DNA of 40,360 bases, from positions 1-40,360 of IMG/VR virus record IMGVR_UViG_3300040769_000012; one strand, written 5' to 3'. Both the position numbers and the translations under genes were made by a program. This document shows positions 1 to 9,041 of this stretch, piece after piece. Every line of letters starts with the position of its first letter. The stretch's first letter is position 1. Source of the DNA: a virus. Lineage: Duplodnaviria; Caudoviricetes. Under the pieces are notes generated by a model, which searched no databases, was not told the origin of the DNA, and worked only from the letters and a program-made list of their open reading frames with translations.

Positions 1-1
1 C

Positions 2-3000
2 AAGGGAGCCAAAGGTACACTGAAGCTGTTTGTGCTTCCTCGTGTGTCACTTCGACAGGCTACTGATCTGGAGAACCTGGCACTGCGGGCTTGGCTGGCC
101 GTCACAGAGGGCAAGCAGGTCCATCCGATCGAGGAGATTGCCGAGCAGATTGGCGAGATGATGGACAAGTACCGGTCCACCATTAAGCGTCGGTTTATCC
201 TTGGGGGCAAGTCCCACAAGGAGGAGTCGGTAATCCAGGCTATCATCAACCAGAAGGTTACTAGAGATTTCTATGGCGATGTCCAGGTTGTCTCCAGTGC
301 CAAGGTCGAAGACAGCATTGGTAACATGGTCGAAATGGCCAAGTCCGTCCCGGACCTTGGGTTTCACGAGTGGCTGCCCGATGTCCTAAAGGCTGGTAAC
401 AATGTTGATACTCTGATTAAAGAGATCACGCTCATGGCCAAGTCTGCTAAGTCGGGGTGGGGTATTCCCTCTGGTAACGTAGAGGACGCCGTGTACGATG
501 CCTTTATGAAGGTCTACACCCGGATGGCCACGGAGACCACCGACGAGCTTCCCCCGGCTTGGCAGCGGCCCATGTCCGAGTACACCACTCGGAAACAGGT
601 CATGCAGAATCTAGGGAAGATCGTGAAGGGCGAAGTACAGAACGAGTACCGCAAGGCCACATACAAAGGCAGGCTTGGTTCCCTGGATGTAATCGAGGAG
701 ACCATGGATGTTATTGGTGATGAGACAATTACCAGGGTATCCGACGAAAAGCCCATGGAGGTTGTGTTCTCTGGCCAGCAAAGGTTCGACCTGATTGCTG
801 AGATGGCCAACAACCCAGAGATGTTTGGTCTGACACAGGACGACGTGACCACCCTCAGGCTGCTTAGGGATAACCCTGAGGCCACTAATGGCGAGCTTGA
901 GGCGATGCGTCGTGGCGTCGAGGTACCGGCAAAGGGCAGTAAAGAGATGAAGGCTCTTGGCTCTGCTTGGACCAAGCGGATGAATAAGATCCGTGGTACC
1001 AAGGCCAAGCCCTCTGATCTGGCTAAGCTGATTGACTCGTGGGCCGATGATCCCATTGTGTCCATCAAGGAACACTACGAGGCCTTCAAGAATGTGGAAG
1101 ATCCCAAGCCGGTTGAGGTTGAGCCTACGCCGGATGAGACCCCAGGACAGGTGGTTGTGGATGACCTTGAGATGGACGAGGACCTAGCTGCCCTACAGGA
1201 GCCCGTAGAGCCCGTCTCAGACGTTTCTGCGGATCTGGTGGAGGGTGACACCTCCGGACCTTGGAAGGCCGCAGACGGGATCCTAGAGCCCGTAATCGAA
1301 GGGGAGCTTGAGGCCCGCGATTTCTATGGCAAGGATACCCAGCTTACCAAGGTGGAGGAGCCCAAGGAAGTCCTACAACTACAGCCCACGGCTGGGCAGG
1401 ACAAAGCCAACATTGTCGAGACGATGCTTGGTGCTTTGTCTGAGTTCCTGCCGGACGAGGATATCGCCAGGCTTCGTCTCCGGGTAAAGAGCTTGTCTTC
1501 GGCCAGGACAATTAAAAGACTGCTTAGAGAATTCGAGAAGCTTGATTATGATGCGGTCCTGGTCAACACGCCCAACCGTACCTACATGCTCAGCCTTGAG
1601 CAGGCCATGCCTGCCGTAGAGGTTGCCCCGGCCAAGCCCATTGAACTGCCTGAGGGCAGAAAGGGCCTGCACGAAATCACCCCGGAATCTCAGAAGGCTA
1701 ACCGTCCCAAGCGGGGAGTTGAGAGACCGGTGACTGAGTTGACACCGCGTGAGGAGATCACCCACGGCATTCTTGCCGCCAAGGATTACCTCAGGTTCAT
1801 TGGCACAGACCCCGAGGTTCTGGCTGCCATTATGAATAGCGGCAAGGTCCGCCAGTCGGATCTGCAGGAGGCTTTCCTGTATGTCTTGCTGCAGGCCCAG
1901 GAGGTCATGTTTAATAACGTACAGACCTATGGACCGAAGGCCAGAGATACATTCTGGGATGCCTTCCGTAAGCAGGTGGCCAAGAACGAGGCCAACAAGA
2001 CCAAGCCGGGCTATGAGCCAATGACCATTGACACGATGCTGGACAATGCTGCCAAGATTGCCAGTGACACCATTGGACCCGAGGCCAACTTCAGGGTACC
2101 GTACAAGGTCGATGAGTTTGACTTTGTCAAGCTGCGAGACAAGTACCGTACCAAGGAACCTCCGACCAACCGAGAGATCCTTCGGGATATGCTTGAGGAA
2201 AGGATGGAGGAAGCCGAGCAGGACATGACGTACCTTAGCCGTTCTCTCAGTGCGGTGGGTAAGATCTTCGGTGGCGCCACCTTTGAGAAGGACGGGTTCT
2301 GGCGTAAGTTTATGTCCAGCGTAGCCCATGCCACGGTGTACCGCCGTACACAGGCGGACGTACTGATGGGATCCACAAGTAACATCATGCGTCGTCTGGT
2401 TAACTGGGCGGACTCTGGTCGTCTTATGACGGGCCAGCTTGTACCGCCGGGCCAGCACGGAATCGCTTCGTGGGCCACCCGCAGTAACCAGGCCAAGCGA
2501 GCCACCGGTCGGATTGCCTTTGCTCACATGAAGGTGAACCGTCTGATTGGTTTGAACCCCCAGAAGCTTGGGGAGCTTGATAACCTGTTGCGGAAGACAC
2601 ACACCGTCGAGGGACGGGATGTGACACTGGATGAGATCAGGGCCATTGTCGGTGACAAGGTTGCCGAGAAGGTCCACAAGGAGATGGTGAATCTTCGAGT
2701 GGAGATGGTTCGGTTTAACACGATGTTGGCTGAGCTTGAGTTGGTCACGGGTCACCGTAAGACGGCCAAGCACGATGACGCGGATCTGTTGGAGCAGGTA
2801 AGACGGGAGTCTTATTTCCCCATGGTCATTAATCCCGAGAAGCTGAGCAAAGAGCCCAACTTCAAGACCGTGATTGATGAGATGGTCCGTGTCCGTACTG
2901 AATCCCTGAAGGCAGGGGAAGACCTTGACCACGCCACGATGTCCGCTATTGGATTCATTCGTCCTCCCCAGGACCCGACTCCGGGCATGGATCATCGTGT

Positions 3001-5482
3001 GATGATGGCCCCTGGTACAACCAACCTTGATGCCGAGTCTCTCAGCAAGCTGAAAGTCTTGGGAACCTTCGAGTCCAAGCACTACGCCAGTCGTTCTGCG
3101 GACAAGATCGAGGAGAAGTTTGGTGAGGCCGGTTGGGATTGGTTCGCCGTCCAAGATGGCGACAAGGTTGTTCTGTACCAGAAGCCGACAAAGAAGTCTC
3201 AACTGTCTGACTCGGATCTGAAGAAGTACATGGAAAGCTTGGATCCCAAGAACCACAAGCATTATATTCCCGAGGCCAAGACAGCCTTGAATGGCATGAA
3301 GTCCGTACACCATGCGGGCATGAATGACATGCTTGACTTCAAGCTGGGTAGACCTCCGTACGACAAGAAGATTGATGGGGCCAATGAGACCCTTGTGTAC
3401 TCTCGGTTTGATCCACGGTGGAGACGCCGTGGTGCCACCGAAGGAGCCAGGACCTTTGGGTTTCACTACACCAATCTCTCACCCCAGGAGGTAATGGGCT
3501 CTGAGGTTCTGTCCAGAATCTTTGAGGCCAGCCCCACCCGTGTGTATGACACGTGGGGTAAGAGTACCTTGTTTGAATTACTTGTACAGCAGGACCTGGA
3601 CAGAATGCTTGGAGTCACGGGTGTTCGTATTCGGGATTACCTCGATGCGGCAGACCGTAAGCTCAAGAAGAATGCCGAGGGTCTATTGCAGGAGGATGTC
3701 ATTAATGACACCGAGTACAAGGAACTGTTGACGGATATTGACATGGGTCTTAGACGGATCCGTGAGATGTATGCCGACAACTCGGGAATGATTCGTCCGG
3801 TTACCTCTGAGAAGGAGGGGCTGGTTGAGTCCACGCTGGATCTGATGCTTCGGTCTTCGTCTGCGGGATTCGGTATGGCTGCTATTCCGGAAACCGTTCC
3901 GATTATCGCAAAGAAGAACGGCCTGAATATTCCCAGGATGATGGGAGACATTGTGAACCTTGTTCGGAACATTCTTGGTGACAAGCGTGGCCGCAAGGGT
4001 GCCGATGATCTGGCTGGTACGATCTTCTACAACGAAGCTTTGGCCAGACACCAGGGATCCCGGTTCTTGTCTGAGGCCAGCTATGATCTGGATGTCTCTG
4101 CCAACTATTGGAACAGAGTCGTTAGATCTGGCAGAGCAGGCAAGGATGCCAACAACTCCACGTTGTCCAAGGTGGCACACGGTGTTGGTAATGTCCTGAT
4201 GGATGTTGGTTCTCTGGCTCAGGTAACCAACTCTAACCGAGTGGCTGCCCTGATCAGACAGAAGGTAAAGACCAGGAAGTTCATTGTCGGTCCCAAGGGG
4301 AACCGTCTGTATGACTTCTTGGTTGCATGGAATGCGGCATCCGATGAATTGACGGAGCTTAAGAATGCGGGGACGGCCAAGGCCGAGGCCCAGCTATCCA
4401 AGAGGTTCAAGGACATCGCAAGGAAGAATGGATTCAGTGGACGGGATTGGGAAGTAGCCGTGATGTTTGTCGAGTACGGTATTACTGATCCACAGATGGC
4501 CAAGGCCCTGGAATGGGGCTTGAAGGACATGCCCACCCAGTTCAATCCAATGGATCTCCAGAACAAGTATTGGGATCTGCAAGACGGTACCGTGGGGATC
4601 AACCCCGAGGTATACGAGGATGCCGTGGCTAAGTACATCAGTGCCATTGAACAAAGGGTCATCGAGGAGGATATCTCCGAGGCGATGAACATGGCCAAGA
4701 TCACTGACCCCTCCAGCCGGACACCGTTCGGTAGGTTGTGGAACTCCCTGCTTGGATTCTCTCGGTCCTTTGCAATCAACCGTGGCCGTACGGTATTCAA
4801 GAGAAGCCCGGTTAACTTCTTGTTCCAGACCATTGTTCTCCTGGGTATGGCCGAATTGTTCACGGGCATCCTGAGGGAGTATGCGGCGGGTAGGGAGGTT
4901 GAGGACATCATGCAGCAGATCGAGGATGACCCGGAAGGTATGTTCATGCTGGCAATCAGCAGGGTACCGTTCTTGGGTGCAGCCCAGTCTCCCGTGGCCG
5001 GTGTGTTGAACACGGTGGCGGGGAACGAGGGGGCCTTTGTGACCTTCGGTGTTCCCTTCCAGACCATGACCACGGGCAAGGCATCCCAGATGTTCAAGAC
5101 GATCGAGAGCATGCCCCAGGCGGTAGCCGATGGGGATTACTCACAGATGGCCTCTGGACTGGCCCAGCTTACGTTCTTTGATTCCTTTGTGAATCGAGGA
5201 TTCACGGCATTGCCGGTTCGGATGGTCGAGGATCACTTTGACTCTGAGATGGCGGTTGGTGTCCAAGAGTTCTTGGATAATGTCCAAAGAGAGCCCTACC
5301 CCCATGCCAGGCGGACACGTCGCCAAGGGATGGGTAGCTCTGTTTATGACAGTGTGTTTGCTCCTAAGGTTGATGCTGTGCAATCCCCCGGTCCCTCCAG
5401 GGATCCAAGGGATGTGCAGGGCCAGCTTGGGGATACAAAGGCGGATGGCCAGAGATTGCTGGACTTCCTACAGAATAGATAA
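2..5482 (+). CDS. Giant (>1816 aa, 5'-truncated) putative internal virion/ejection protein
   Basis: The frame is open to the window edge and has phage-like codon usage. It looks largely helical, with a hydrophobic Gly/Ala-rich C-terminal region reminiscent of T7 gp16-type proteins. Function is inferred from size and context only. Confidence 0.55.
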   Translation, partial: KGAKGTLKLFVLPRVSLRQATDLENLALRAWLAVTEGKQVHPIEEIAEQIGEMMDKYRSTIKRRFILGGKSHKEESVIQAIINQKVTRDFYGDVQVVSSAKVEDSIGNMVEMAKSVPDLGFHEWLPDVLKAGNNVDTLIKEITLMAKSAKSGWGIPSGNVEDAVYDAFMKVYTRMATETTDELPPAWQRPMSEYTTRKQVMQNLGKIVKGEVQNEYRKATYKGRLGSLDVIEETMDVIGDETITRVSDEKPMEVVFSGQQRFDLIAEMANNPEMFGLTQDDVTTLRLLRDNPEATNGELEAMRRGVEVPAKGSKEMKALGSAWTKRMNKIRGTKAKPSDLAKLIDSWADDPIVSIKEHYEAFKNVEDPKPVEVEPTPDETPGQVVVDDLEMDEDLAALQEPVEPVSDVSADLVEGDTSGPWKAADGILEPVIEGELEARDFYGKDTQLTKVEEPKEVLQLQPTAGQDKANIVETMLGALSEFLPDEDIARLRLRVKSLSSARTIKRLLREFEKLDYDAVLVNTPNRTYMLSLEQAMPAVEVAPAKPIELPEGRKGLHEITPESQKANRPKRGVERPVTELTPREEITHGILAAKDYLRFIGTDPEVLAAIMNSGKVRQSDLQEAFLYVLLQAQEVMFNNVQTYGPKARDTFWDAFRKQVAKNEANKTKPGYEPMTIDTMLDNAAKIASDTIGPEANFRVPYKVDEFDFVKLRDKYRTKEPPTNREILRDMLEERMEEAEQDMTYLSRSLSAVGKIFGGATFEKDGFWRKFMSSVAHATVYRRTQADVLMGSTSNIMRRLVNWADSGRLMTGQLVPPGQHGIASWATRSNQAKRATGRIAFAHMKVNRLIGLNPQKLGELDNLLRKTHTVEGRDVTLDEIRAIVGDKVAEKVHKEMVNLRVEMVRFNTMLAELELVTGHRKTAKHDDADLLEQVRRESYFPMVINPEKLSKEPNFKTVIDEMVRVRTESLKAGEDLDHATMSAIGFIRPPQDPTPGMDHRVMMAPGTTNLDAESLSKLKVLGTFESKHYASRSADKIEEKFGEAGWDWFAVQDGDKVVLYQKPTKKSQLSDSDLKKYMESLDPKNHKHYIPEAKTALNGMKSVHHAGMNDMLDFKLGRPPYDKKIDGANETLVYSRFDPRWRRRGATEGARTFGFHYTNLSPQEVMGSEVLSRIFEASPTRVYDTWGKSTLFELLVQQDLDRMLGVTGVRIRDYLDAADRKLKKNAEGLLQEDVINDTEYKELLTDIDMGLRRIREMYADNSGMIRPVTSEKEGLVESTLDLMLRSSSAGFGMAAIPETVPIIAKKNGLNIPRMMGDIVNLVRNILGDKRGRKGADDLAGTIFYNEALARHQGSRFLSEASYDLDVSANYWNRVVRSGRAGKDANNSTLSKVAHGVGNVLMDVGSLAQVTNSNRVAALIRQKVKTRKFIVGPKGNRLYDFLVAWNAASDELTELKNAGTAKAEAQLSKRFKDIARKNGFSGRDWEVAVMFVEYGITDPQMAKALEWGLKDMPTQFNPMDLQNKYWDLQDGTVGINPEVYEDAVAKYISAIEQRVIEEDISEAMNMAKITDPSSRTPFGRLWNSLLGFSRSFAINRGRTVFKRSPVNFLFQTIVLLGMAELFTGILREYAAGREVEDIMQQIEDDPEGMFMLAISRVPFLGAAQSPVAGVLNTVAGNEGAFVTFGVPFQTMTTGKASQMFKTIESMPQAVADGDYSQMASGLAQLTFFDSFVNRGFTALPVRMVEDHFDSEMAVGVQEFLDNVQREPYPHARRTRRQGMGSSVYDSVFAPKVDAVQSPGPSRDPRDVQGQLGDTKADGQRLLDFLQNR

Positions 5483-5491
5483 ACCCATGAT

Positions 5492-5523
5492 CCTAGGGGA
5501 CTTAGCGGTTCCCTAGGGCTTTA
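5492..5523 (+). terminator. Stem-loop, putative terminator after the giant gene
   Basis: CCTAGGGGAC-TTAGCG-GTTCCCTAGG 10-bp stem (one G-T) starting 10 nt after the stop codon; only a short T tract follows. Confidence 0.55.
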
Positions 5524-5530
5524 GAAAAAC

Positions 5531-5548
5531 AAAGTACCCTCTGTAAGG
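5531..5548 (+). promoter_or_regulatory. Putative phage RNAP promoter (copy 1)
   Basis: AAAGTACCCTCTGTAAGG; 16/18 identical to 33486-33503; intergenic. Confidence 0.55.
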
Positions 5549-5579
5549 TGGGTATACATGTATGTGTATATACTATGGT

Positions 5580-5840
5580 TATCCTTGGATCCTATGGTCT
5601 ATGGGTATACTATGGATCCCTTGGGATCCTAAGGATCCAAGGATCCCTAGGGATATGCTTGTATATTATACTTGTATTAATAATTAATAGATAATACAAA
5701 GATCCCCAGGGATCCCCTGTGGATCCTAAGGATGTCCGGAATGGGTACCCTGTGAATAACCACAAGGATCCAAGGTCTGTCCGGATTCCATGGCATCCTT
5801 TGGGTATCCACGGGGTGTCCGGATTGGGTAGCCTGGGGTT
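5580..5840. repeat. GGATCC-rich short-repeat block with central AT-rich palindrome
   Basis: GGATCC at 5587, 5614, 5624, 5633, 5641, 5710, 5721, 5766; TATTAAT-A-ATTAATA at 5675-5689; 20-bp near repeat at 5733-5752 and 5816-5835. Confidence 0.8.
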
Positions 5841-6087
5841 TGGATTGAATATTCTTACAGAGACATAGGGTGTCCTAAAAAATGGGGCAGGAATTTGAAA
5901 GGGGTACCCTCGCTACCGCTCGGGAACCAAACCCCCCGGTACCCCCCGTCAGATCCATGACATCCATATAACCGAACAAGGACCGTCCAAGATGGACGAT
6001 GGGCAGACTTTGGCCACCCCGGAACATGATTGGTGTCCCACCGGGGACAACTAACACGAATCACACCACCCTTTCTCGGAGTTTCCT

Positions 6088-6243
6088 ATGGACAAGCAAA
6101 CGAATGCGGAGATCCTTCGGGAGATCCAACTCCAGTACCTTGCGGACATTGAGGAGATCCTTGCGGATCCTGAGAATCCCGACAACTTTGACGAGCTTCG
6201 GTACACCCGGGATCGTCTAAAGGACGAGCTTGGAATCGACTGA
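6088..6243 (+). CDS. Small acidic hypothetical protein (51 aa; not in ORF track)
   Basis: GGAG RBS; MDKQTNAEILREIQLQYLADIEEILADPENPDNFDELRYTRDRLKDELGID; 15/51 residues are D/E. Confidence 0.65.
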   Translation: MDKQTNAEILREIQLQYLADIEEILADPENPDNFDELRYTRDRLKDELGID

Positions 6244-6364
6244 TACCCTCGCTCCCGACCACCGAAAGGTGCTAGGGCAGCATTGACCGAACGTAGAACA
6301 TTATCAGTGGACCTGTATGGTCCTGCAGGATACTTCCCTTCGGGGATGGTCCGAAGGTTCCTTG

Positions 6365-6410
6365 ACAATCTGTGACCGAATGATGGTGTCCGATCGGGTG
6401 CCGTTCGGGA
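6365..6410. repeat. Left arm of imperfect ~47-bp inverted repeat
   Basis: Its reverse complement matches 6895-6941 at about 40/47 positions. Confidence 0.85.
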
Positions 6411-6457
6411 TTCTTTTCCCCCTTTCTTGCTCAACGCAAGAGAACTGAGAGAATCCT

Positions 6458-6874
6458 ATGAGCAACTTCTCGATCACCGAAGGTACCACCCTCTCCGGCA
6501 AGCCCGGGTTTGTTGTGCGGTTCGCCGCCAAGCCCGGAAAGTCGGTGTGTTCCGGCCTGAAGGCCCACGGTTTCCGTTGGTCGCCCGGGCTCGGTGCTTG
6601 GTACTCGAAGTCCGTCAATGGAAAGTCGTTGACGTGGGCGCAGGACCGTGGATTCTTCACGGATCGTCCGAACATTGTCGAGGATATCCCCATGGCCGAA
6701 GCCCCGTCCGTTCCCGTTCCCGACACCACTGATACTCCCTCCCCGGTTTCCGTTGCCGCGACTTCGGAAGATGCACGGAATCTCCGCCGCATCTTGTGCA
6801 TTGTCGCCACGGCGTCCGGAAAGGGCAGGAAAACCGTTGAGATTGCGGAGATCATGCCGCACCTTATCGGTTGA
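6458..6874 (+). CDS. Hypothetical protein with F-x-x-KP...LKxxGFRWS...WY motif
   Basis: VVRFAAKPGKSVCSGLKAHGFRWSPGLGAWYSK resembles a small domain common in phage/plasmid polyvalent proteins, followed by a Pro/Thr-rich linker. Confidence 0.6.
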   Translation: MSNFSITEGTTLSGKPGFVVRFAAKPGKSVCSGLKAHGFRWSPGLGAWYSKSVNGKSLTWAQDRGFFTDRPNIVEDIPMAEAPSVPVPDTTDTPSPVSVAATSEDARNLRRILCIVATASGKGRKTVEIAEIMPHLIG

Positions 6875-6894
6875 CACCCCGATTCCGTTCGCAT

Positions 6895-6941
6895 TCCCGA
6901 GCGGCTTCCGATCGGATACCATCATTCACGTTACAGATTGT
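6895..6941. repeat. Right arm of imperfect ~47-bp inverted repeat
   Basis: TCCCGAGCGGCTTCCGATCGGATACCATCATTCACGTTACAGATTGT; contains the palindrome TCCGATCGGA. Confidence 0.85.
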
Positions 6942-7289
6942 GCGACAAGTAGCATCATGCTTCGTCTATCCTACGGGATTTCCCGATCGTAATACCATCG
7001 GGCCGGAAACCCCACTATGTGGGCACTGGATAGGCTAAGGCACGCCGATTCTCTCATCATCGGGAGGATTGCGGGCGGATTCCAAGTAGGTTCCCGTCCG
7101 ATTGCGGTTCGGCTGGTAGGCCATGATTGGCTGTAGGGGTATCCTTACATTCAATCAAACCTATCGGGATTCATCGTGAATCCTTAGGCTCAACGCGATT
7201 GGTCGGATCATGGGCACGAACGGATGATCCCCGGAATCTTCACCGAATCATGATAAGATTATCGGTGGGGTGTTGTGACGTTACATACG

Positions 7290-7319
7290 TTGACGCACGG
7301 AATGGATCAATGATACATT
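7290..7319 (+). promoter_or_regulatory. Possible host sigma70-type early promoter
   Basis: TTGACG-N18-TACATT upstream of the early gene array. Confidence 0.3.
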
Positions 7320-7464
7320 CACTGGATGGATTGCAGGGGATACCCTCTGGATTCTTGAACGGATTGTATTACCATCCCGGCGGATACGTTGGGGCGTTAC
7401 TTGCCTGCAATCGTCGGTGTACGGTTGTTTGCTGGTATGGTGCGATCATAGAATAGTGGAAACC

Positions 7465-7705
7465 CTCCGGGGATCCTGAGAGTCTTGTGGATTCTTGGGA
7501 AACCCGGGGGGATTCCACCGGCATCCTTGGGATTGACCAAGGGTGTCGGTGGAATCCTCGGGTATACCCTGTTGGTATGCCCATGGTTGCTAGGATCCTC
7601 TGTACGGGCTTTGAACCCTTAGCCCTAGGGTGATACCTTTTTCGTGTCCAAGCCCCGCAGGGGGCATCCTAGGCCCATTGCTGGGCATCCTAGGATCCTT
7701 AGGAG
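7465..7705. repeat. Second GGATCC/GGCATCC short-repeat block
   Basis: GGATTCCACCGGCATCCTTGGG (7510-7531) resembles 5783-5804; GGGCATCCTAGG at 7662 and 7683. Confidence 0.65.
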
Positions 7706-7712
7706 ACAGGCT

Positions 7713-8337
7713 ATGAAAACTATGGTTGGCTGCACTACCGTTGTGTGTTCTGCCTTGATTCAGGAAGTTAATCGTTTGGTCAAGTTTCCTGTAGACTCGC
7801 CTGAATTCCAGGCTGCTAGGGAGATCCTTAGTATTGTGGACAAGCTCCATAATATGCGGGAGCTTGACGATGTTCTCTGGGTTGCCGACAAGGTTTGAAG
7901 GAGAATCCCCGTGGTACCTAAGGCCATTGTTGTCGAAGATCTCGGCATGTTGGGTGAACCTTGGTGTGTTTACACCCTAGTGGATTACTTCGGGTCAAAG
8001 GAAGCTGGTCGGATTATCGAGCAAAATCCGCCGCATGTTATCCGTGTTCTGTTGGTTGGCATTGCATCCCTGAATGGTTGGGATATGTCGGACACGGACT
8101 ACGAGTTTGTTTACTAGGAGATTCCCCGTGGTTTACCAAGAGATTCTGGGTCTGATCCAGCGTGGTTCCAGTCTGGTTGACCAGATGGATGCCGAGAATA
8201 CGGCAGCTATTCTGGAAACGATGAAGGAAATCCTGGAAGATATGGAGGAGTTTCCTATTCTCCAGCTTTCCAAGGATTACCTTGAGGAAAGACTCAAGGA
8301 CAATGGCTTCACAACGCAGGAGGAATACGATGGTTGA
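7713..8337 (+). CDS. Three small early hypothetical ORFs (7713-7898, 7911-8117, 8128-8337)
   Basis: Each is preceded by an AGGAG RBS; tightly packed. Confidence 0.7.
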
Positions 8338-8683
8338 TACTAAGGCGGACAAGATTACTCTCAGTCTGTGGTACAATGATTGCCAAGGATTTTACGGCGA
8401 CAACAACGGCTTTGCGTACCTGTGTGCTGCTTGGGTACACCAGATTCTCCACAAGTACCCGGATAATATCCTTGCCACGGTGTCTCGTACCCCAATCTCC
8501 CCGGCTTCTGTCCCGTTTGTGGTGCAGCTTGAAGGGGATCTACCGTGGCACGAGGGGGATTCGTTTGTCCTTGATGAATGGGGGGATGAATACGATTTGT
8601 ACGATGGGGCCAAGGACATCCTTAAGGAAATGTTTGACCACGATGATACCGTTTATCTGACCTTGGAAGAATGCCATGATTGA
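8330..8683 (+). CDS. Acidic hypothetical protein, tandem paralog A1
   Basis: AGGAGG RBS; shares ATVSRxPISP, PW, FVLDE, VYLTL with the next ORF. Confidence 0.8.
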   Translation: MVDTKADKITLSLWYNDCQGFYGDNNGFAYLCAAWVHQILHKYPDNILATVSRTPISPASVPFVVQLEGDLPWHEGDSFVLDEWGDEYDLYDGAKDILKEMFDHDDTVYLTLEECHD

Positions 8684-9041
8684 TGCCCGTGTCGATGAAA
8701 CTACCATGACCCTTAGTATTACCCAAGTAAGCGATGCTTACATGGATAACATGGGCCGCCTTGTTATCTGTGCCCAGTGGGTTGGGTATATTCTTGGGAA
8801 TACCCCCACCAGAATCAAGGCTACGGTGTCCCGTGTTCCGATCTCCCCCAAGTCTGCCAAGTTTACTGCCCAGTTTGAGGAAGATATGCCATGGTATGAT
8901 GGCAATTCTGGGGAGGTCTTTGTCCTTGATGAGGACGGGGAGGAGCATGATCTGCATGGTGTTGCCCAAGACATCATTGCCGATATGTTCTACCATGACG
9001 AGGATGTTTACCTTACCCTTTGGGATCTTGACAATGATTGA
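8676..9041 (+). CDS. Acidic hypothetical protein, tandem paralog A2
   Basis: Colinear similarity to 8330-8683; overlaps its 3' end. Confidence 0.8.
   Translation: MIDARVDETTMTLSITQVSDAYMDNMGRLVICAQWVGYILGNTPTRIKATVSRVPISPKSAKFTAQFEEDMPWYDGNSGEVFVLDEDGEEHDLHGVAQDIIADMFYHDEDVYLTLWDLDND

Noticed and set aside
1379-3466. 695-aa minus-strand ORF (also 19341-20681, 33902-34795 and other antisense ORFs)
   Set aside because: Antisense shadows of well-supported + strand genes with biased codon usage; no motifs of their own.
5580-5840. Possible CRISPR array
   Set aside because: Repeats are 6-20 bp, irregular, and lack unique ~30-bp spacers; no cas genes.
6362-6390. Canonical sigma70 promoter at TTGACA 6362
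   Set aside because: No acceptable -10 hexamer at 16-18 bp spacing; retained only as part of the inverted-repeat finding.
7127-7456. 109-aa ORF in the putative terminal region
   Set aside because: TTG start without a clear RBS, atypical composition and no motifs.
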